A DNA stretch of 64,000 nt from Candidatus Eiseniibacteriota bacterium. GTDB lineage: Bacteria > Eisenbacteria > RBG-16-71-46 > CAVPCR01. Below, one piece after another: positions 59,871-64,000 of the stretch; positions within the stretch are counted from its first letter, which is position 1, and the number at the start of each line of letters is the position of its first letter. Position numbers and translations under genes: made by a program. The DNA is taken from positions 160,001-224,000 of the forward strand of contig CAVPCR010000005.1 in NCBI GenBank assembly GCA_963702435.1, in the 5' to 3' direction. The notes below the pieces were generated by a model. It made no database searches, had not been told where the DNA came from, and worked only from the letters and a program-made list of their open reading frames with translations.

Positions 59871-60659
59871 TCACGCTCTCGTCGCCACGAGCAGGAGACG
59901 ATCGGACTCCGCCGTGTACGGCCGCCCGTCGAGATCGGCGAAGCCACGAAGCCCGAAGAAGCCGGCGCCGGCGACGAGCGCGCACAACTCCGGATGGGTG
60001 TGGAGGCGGTAGGAGCAGTGCCGCTTCTCGACCACCGGACCGCGGATGTAGCTTGTCACCGACTCGACGCGCCGGCTCGCCGGATCGAAGGACTGCTCGA
60101 TCAGGACGAGGACATCGCCGGTGCGATAGGTGGTCCGCGGCGCGAAGGGCGGCGGGCCGGGCGGAGCCACGTGGCGCGTGTCGAGGAGGAAGCGACCGCC
60201 GGGAACGAGGGCGCGCTGCACGGCCGCGAGGAAAGCGGCGTTCCCATCGTCGGCGAAGTAGCCGAAGCTGTTCCCGAAACAGAGGGCCGCGTCGAACGCC
60301 GCCGTCCACTCGAGTTCGCGCATGTCGCGTTCCACGAAGTCGAGGGCGAGCGAGCCCTCCGCGGCGACTGCACGCGCCGCCGCGATCTGCGCGCTCCCGA
60401 TGTCGACGCCCGTCCCGGTGATCCCGCGCGCAGCCAGGGCGATCAGGTGCCGCCCATCGCCGCACGGCACGTCGAGAAGCCGCGCCCCCGGGGCGAGGGC
60501 GAGGGCGCGCGTTATGAAGTCGGCCTCGGCTCGGGTGACCTCGGGCGGGTGCGCCGCGAGCCACGAGTCGAGCGCGACACCGGTGAAGTGACCGGACCAT
60601 GCCGCCGCGGGATCGGGCGGCTCGGGTGCAGGTGGATTGCGGGCGCCGGCTTTACTCAT
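59871..60659 (-). CDS. Class I SAM-dependent methyltransferase
   Basis: LLDVPCGDGRH, GVDI, RDMREL, FDAALCFGNSFGY, LVPGGRFLLD. Confidence 0.92.
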   Translation of the reverse strand: MSKAGARNPPAPEPPDPAAAWSGHFTGVALDSWLAAHPPEVTRAEADFITRALALAPGARLLDVPCGDGRHLIALAARGITGTGVDIGSAQIAAARAVAAEGSLALDFVERDMRELEWTAAFDAALCFGNSFGYFADDGNAAFLAAVQRALVPGGRFLLDTRHVAPPGPPPFAPRTTYRTGDVLVLIEQSFDPASRRVESVTSYIRGPVVEKRHCSYRLHTHPELCALVAGAGFFGLRGFADLDGRPYTAESDRLLLVATRA

Positions 60660-60685
60660 CGGCTTTACTCATCGGCTTTACTCAT
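60647..60685 (-). repeat. 13-bp tandem repeat x3 (ATGAGTAAAGCCG) triplicating the methyltransferase start
   Basis: Three exact units; the last supplies the ATG at 60659. Confidence 0.95.
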
Positions 60686-60809
60686 GTTTGACCCTCGGGC
60701 GGGCCGTCGAGGCGGTACCATGCCCGGAGCGGACGCCACCATCCTGGCCCGGCGCGCCGCGAGGAAGCAAGGGGCCGCGCGCACCAGAGCGGAGAGGGGG
60801 CGGGCAAGC

Positions 60810-61496
60810 ATGGCGATACGGGTCCTCGTCGTCGAGGACGAGCCCGGGCTCCGCCGGGCGCTCGTCGACCTCCTCACCGGGGCCGGCCACGAAGCCGTGG
60901 GCGCGGCCGACGGCGCGGCCGCGGTCGAGCGCGCCCTGGCCAGCCACTTCGATCTCGTCCTCCTCGATCGCATGCTGCCCCGGCTCGACGGCATCGAGGT
61001 GGCGCGGCGGCTCAAGGCCCGCCGGCCGGGCCTCGCCATCATCATGCTCACCGCGCGCGGCTCGGAGGACGACAAGGTCGAGGGGCTGCAGAGCGGGGCC
61101 GACGATTACGTGACCAAGCCCTTCGGTGCGCGCGAGCTGCTCGCGCGCGTCGAGGCCGCCGAGCGGCGGATCCGCGCCACGCGCCCCGCCGTCGATCGCC
61201 TGGTCGCCGACGGCTGCGATCTGGATCTCGGCCGGCACGAAGCGCGGCGCGCCGGGGAGAGCGTCGCCCTGACCGCGCGCGAGGTCGCCATCCTCCGCCT
61301 CCTCCATCAGCACAAGCTGCGCGCGGTGAGCCGCGGCGAGTTCCTCGAGCAGATCTGGGACTCGCCCCCCGACCTCGACACGCGCACCGTCGACATGACG
61401 ATCGCCAACCTGCGCCAGAAGATCGAGCGCAATCCGGCAGAGCCGCGCATCATCCTCACCGTGAAGGGCGTCGGCTACGCGTGGGGCGAGCCATGA
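60810..61496 (+). CDS. OmpR-family response regulator
   Basis: VLVVEDE, LLDRMLP, MLTA, GADDYVTKPF, wHTH RTVDMTIANLRQKIE...TVKGVGY. Confidence 0.95.
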   Translation: MAIRVLVVEDEPGLRRALVDLLTGAGHEAVGAADGAAAVERALASHFDLVLLDRMLPRLDGIEVARRLKARRPGLAIIMLTARGSEDDKVEGLQSGADDYVTKPFGARELLARVEAAERRIRATRPAVDRLVADGCDLDLGRHEARRAGESVALTAREVAILRLLHQHKLRAVSRGEFLEQIWDSPPDLDTRTVDMTIANLRQKIERNPAEPRIILTVKGVGYAWGEP

Positions 61497-63175
61497 GCGC
61501 CTGGCAGCGCCATCGGGGGCGCATCGCGGCGGCGGTGATCCTGACCGCGCTCGCCGTCGCAGTGCCGGCGATCGCGTGGTACGTGGCCGGCTCGCGGGCG
61601 GCTGCGCGCGAGGCGGCCGACATCGAGCGCTCGGCGCGCGACATCGCGCGCAACGAGGCGCTCCGGCTGGCGGAGCGCCTGGCCGGACGGCTCGAGGCCA
61701 TTCGCTACGCCGAGTCGCGGCGGCCCACCTATCACTACGAACACGCCTATCATGACCCGGCGAGCACCTGCGAGTGCGCGGCGCTCACGCCCTCGCCGCT
61801 CGCCCACGGCCCGAACGATCCGCTCATCCGCGCCTATCTCCAGCTCGATGCGCGCGGGCGGCTCTCGGTGCCCACGGTCGCGACGACGCCCGAAGGGGCG
61901 CCGGGCGGCGGCATGCCGGCAGCCCACGCCGATCGGGCGTGGGCCGACGAGCAGGCGCGCATCGCGGCAGAGCTCGCTGCGGACACCGCGGCGCTGGCCG
62001 CGGCGCTCGACGCGCTGGCGGGCGAGAGCGCGCCCGCGGACCCCGGCGAGTTCGAGTGGCGGACGGTGCCGCTCGGCGGCGAGCCGGCGCTCATCGCGAT
62101 GCGCCACGTGACAGCGGCCGCGGCGCCGGGAACGCTGGCCGCCACCACGGCAGCGGTGGCGCCGGGCGGCGCGGCGAGCGTGATCCAGGGCGTGGTCATC
62201 TCGATGGATGCGGTCCGCGATCTGCTCCGCGGCTCGGCGTTCCCCGCCCTCTTCCTGGCCGGCGAACCACAGCTCGACGAGGCCGATGTCGCGGCCGTCG
62301 TCCCCATCGAGTGCGTGACCTGGCGGGTCACCGTCGATGCGGAGCACGAGATCGCCGCCGCCCGGGTCCGCGCGCGCGAAGCGATCGCCAGCTTCCGGCG
62401 GAGCTTCCTCCTGGGAAGCGGCACGGCGCTCATCGCCGGCCTCTTCGTGATCGGCCTCGTCTGGCAGACCGAGCGGCTCGCGCGCCAGCGCTCGCGCTTC
62501 GCGGCCGCCGCGGCCCATGAACTCCGCACGCCGCTCGCGGGGCTCCGCCTCCAGGCCGAGATGCTGGCCGAGGGCCTCGGCGACCCGACCCGGGCCCGCT
62601 CCTATGCGCTGAGCCTCGTCGCCGAGACCGAGCGGCTCGGGCGCGTGGTCTCGAACGTCCTCGACTACGCGCGCCTCGAGCGGGCCGCGCTCACGGTCCA
62701 GCTCGAGGCGGGCCACCTGGCCGCCGCCCTGCGCGAGTACCTGGCGCGCCTGCGCCCGGCGCTCGAGGAGAACGGCGCCCGCATCGAGCTCGAGATCGCG
62801 GACGACCTGCCGCCGGTGCGCTTCGATCGCGACGCTCTCTTCCACATCCTCCAGAATCTGCTCGACAACGCAGAAAAATACACGCGCGGGGCCGCCGATC
62901 GCACGATCACGGTGCGGCTCGCCGCCCACGGCCGCGAGGCGGTGACGCTCACGGTCGCCGATCACGGGCCCGGCGTCCCCGCGGCCGCGAGGCCCCGCCT
63001 CTTCCGACCCTTCCAGGGAGCCCTCGACCCCAACTCGCCCGCCGGGCTCGGCCTCGGCCTCGCCCTCGTCGCGAGCCTGGCCCGCGCCCACGGCGGGCAG
63101 GTGGACCTCGCCGACACTCCGGGCGGCGGCGCGAGCTTCACCGTGACGCTCCCGGCAGGCGGCCCCGCCGCTTGA
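61493..63175 (+). CDS. Membrane sensor histidine kinase
   Basis: Two TM segments; H box AHELRTPL, N box NLLDNAEKY, DHGPG, GLGLGL; ATGA overlap with the regulator. Confidence 0.94.
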   Translation: MSAWQRHRGRIAAAVILTALAVAVPAIAWYVAGSRAAAREAADIERSARDIARNEALRLAERLAGRLEAIRYAESRRPTYHYEHAYHDPASTCECAALTPSPLAHGPNDPLIRAYLQLDARGRLSVPTVATTPEGAPGGGMPAAHADRAWADEQARIAAELAADTAALAAALDALAGESAPADPGEFEWRTVPLGGEPALIAMRHVTAAAAPGTLAATTAAVAPGGAASVIQGVVISMDAVRDLLRGSAFPALFLAGEPQLDEADVAAVVPIECVTWRVTVDAEHEIAAARVRAREAIASFRRSFLLGSGTALIAGLFVIGLVWQTERLARQRSRFAAAAAHELRTPLAGLRLQAEMLAEGLGDPTRARSYALSLVAETERLGRVVSNVLDYARLERAALTVQLEAGHLAAALREYLARLRPALEENGARIELEIADDLPPVRFDRDALFHILQNLLDNAEKYTRGAADRTITVRLAAHGREAVTLTVADHGPGVPAAARPRLFRPFQGALDPNSPAGLGLGLALVASLARAHGGQVDLADTPGGGASFTVTLPAGGPAA

Positions 63176-63307
63176 TGGCGACAGGCGGCTCCTGATCGGG
63201 TATCTTGTCAGCCACCTCCCGAACAGCATCGGCCTCGCAAGCGCCGCCGCCACGGCCGGACAGGCCCGCTGGTCCCGTTGTCCCCATCATCCAAGGAGAG
63301 AACGATC

Positions 63308-64000
63308 ATGGCAGATCGGAAGATCATCGCTGTCCTCGGCGCGACCGGCGCCCAGGGCGGCGGCCTGGTGCGCGCCATCCTCGAACGACCCGCAGGGCGG
63401 CTTCGCGGCCCGCGCGCTCACCAGGAACGTGAACTCGGACAAGGCCAGGGAGCTGGCCCGGCTCGGCGCCGAGGTCGTCGCCGCCGACGTGGACAGCGAG
63501 GAGAGCCTGAAGAAGGCGTTCACCGGCGCCTACGGCGCCTACTGCGTCACCTTCTTCTGGGATCACTTCTCCCCCGAGAAGGAGCTCGCCGCAGGCCGGC
63601 GCCATGGCCGGCGCGGCGAAGGCCGCGGGCTTGAAGCACGTCATCTGGTCCACGCTCGAGGACACCCGGAAGTGGGTGCCGCTCTCCGACGACCGCATGC
63701 CGACGCTCATGGGCAAGTACAAGGTCCCGCACTTCGACGCCAAGGGCGAGGCCGACCAGCTGTTCATCCGATCCGGCGTGCCGACCACGTTCCTGCTGAC
63801 CTCGTTCTACTGGGACAACTTCATCCACTTCGGCATGGGCCCCAAGAAGGGACCCGACGGCAAGCTCGCCATCACGATGCCGATGGGCGACAAGAAGCTC
63901 CCCGGCATCGCCGCCGAGGACATCGGCGGTGCGCCTACGGCATCTTCAAGGCCGGATCCCAGTACATCGGGAAGACGGTGGGCATCGCCGGCGAGCATCT
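63308..64000 (+). CDS. NmrA/HSCARG-family NAD(P)-binding protein, frameshifted, truncated by the window end
   Basis: AAGGAG RBS; IIAVLGATGAQGGGLV; ALTRNVNSDKA, GAYCVTFFW, HVIWSTLED, KVPHFDAKGE in shifting frames (breaks near 63390, 63590, 63930). Confidence 0.85.

Noticed and set aside
59688..60809. Long N-terminal extension on the response regulator
   Set aside because: It is the antisense of the methyltransferase at 59871-60659; the receiver domain starts at 60810.

Overview
High-GC bacterial chromosome segment. A FlgD-Ig-like C-terminal domain, Omp85 and beta-barrel genes, a tricorn protease and a TPR-sigma54 activator suggest a diderm FCB-related lineage (inference). Left to right: a TPR/sigma54 activator cut by the window edge; a secreted Omp28/thioredoxin-like protein whose true ORF reads through an in-frame TGA in a UxxC motif (candidate selenoprotein, missed by the ORF track); a heavily frameshifted GH144-like glycosidase/sugar ABC/discoidin-glycosidase operon; a membrane protein; an Rrf2 regulator; a double-length UvrA; an acyl-CoA dehydrogenase; a ~2 kb DUF222-HNH cassette; pdxR-pdxS-pdxT; small hypothetical genes; pyk; nifJ-DHODH-like-pgl-glgX-pgm; RNB nuclease, FMN reductase, RRM protein and DEAD-box helicase; Omp85 divergent from a large PLD-like protein; a tricorn-HD-serine hydrolase-methyltransferase operon; a methyltransferase; a two-component system; and a partial NmrA gene. 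Two observations stand out. (1) The DUF222-HNH gene sits between two diverged, inverted ~310-360 bp non-coding modules, each bounded by the palindrome CGATCCCGCGGGATCG and carrying its own tandem repeat, and has a palindromic operator in its promoter. (2) The Omp28-like UxxC selenoprotein candidate has a SECIS-like hairpin. Short tandem duplications also recur at start and stop codons. No rRNA, tRNA or CRISPR array was recognised. All family assignments are from motif recognition by eye, not database searches.
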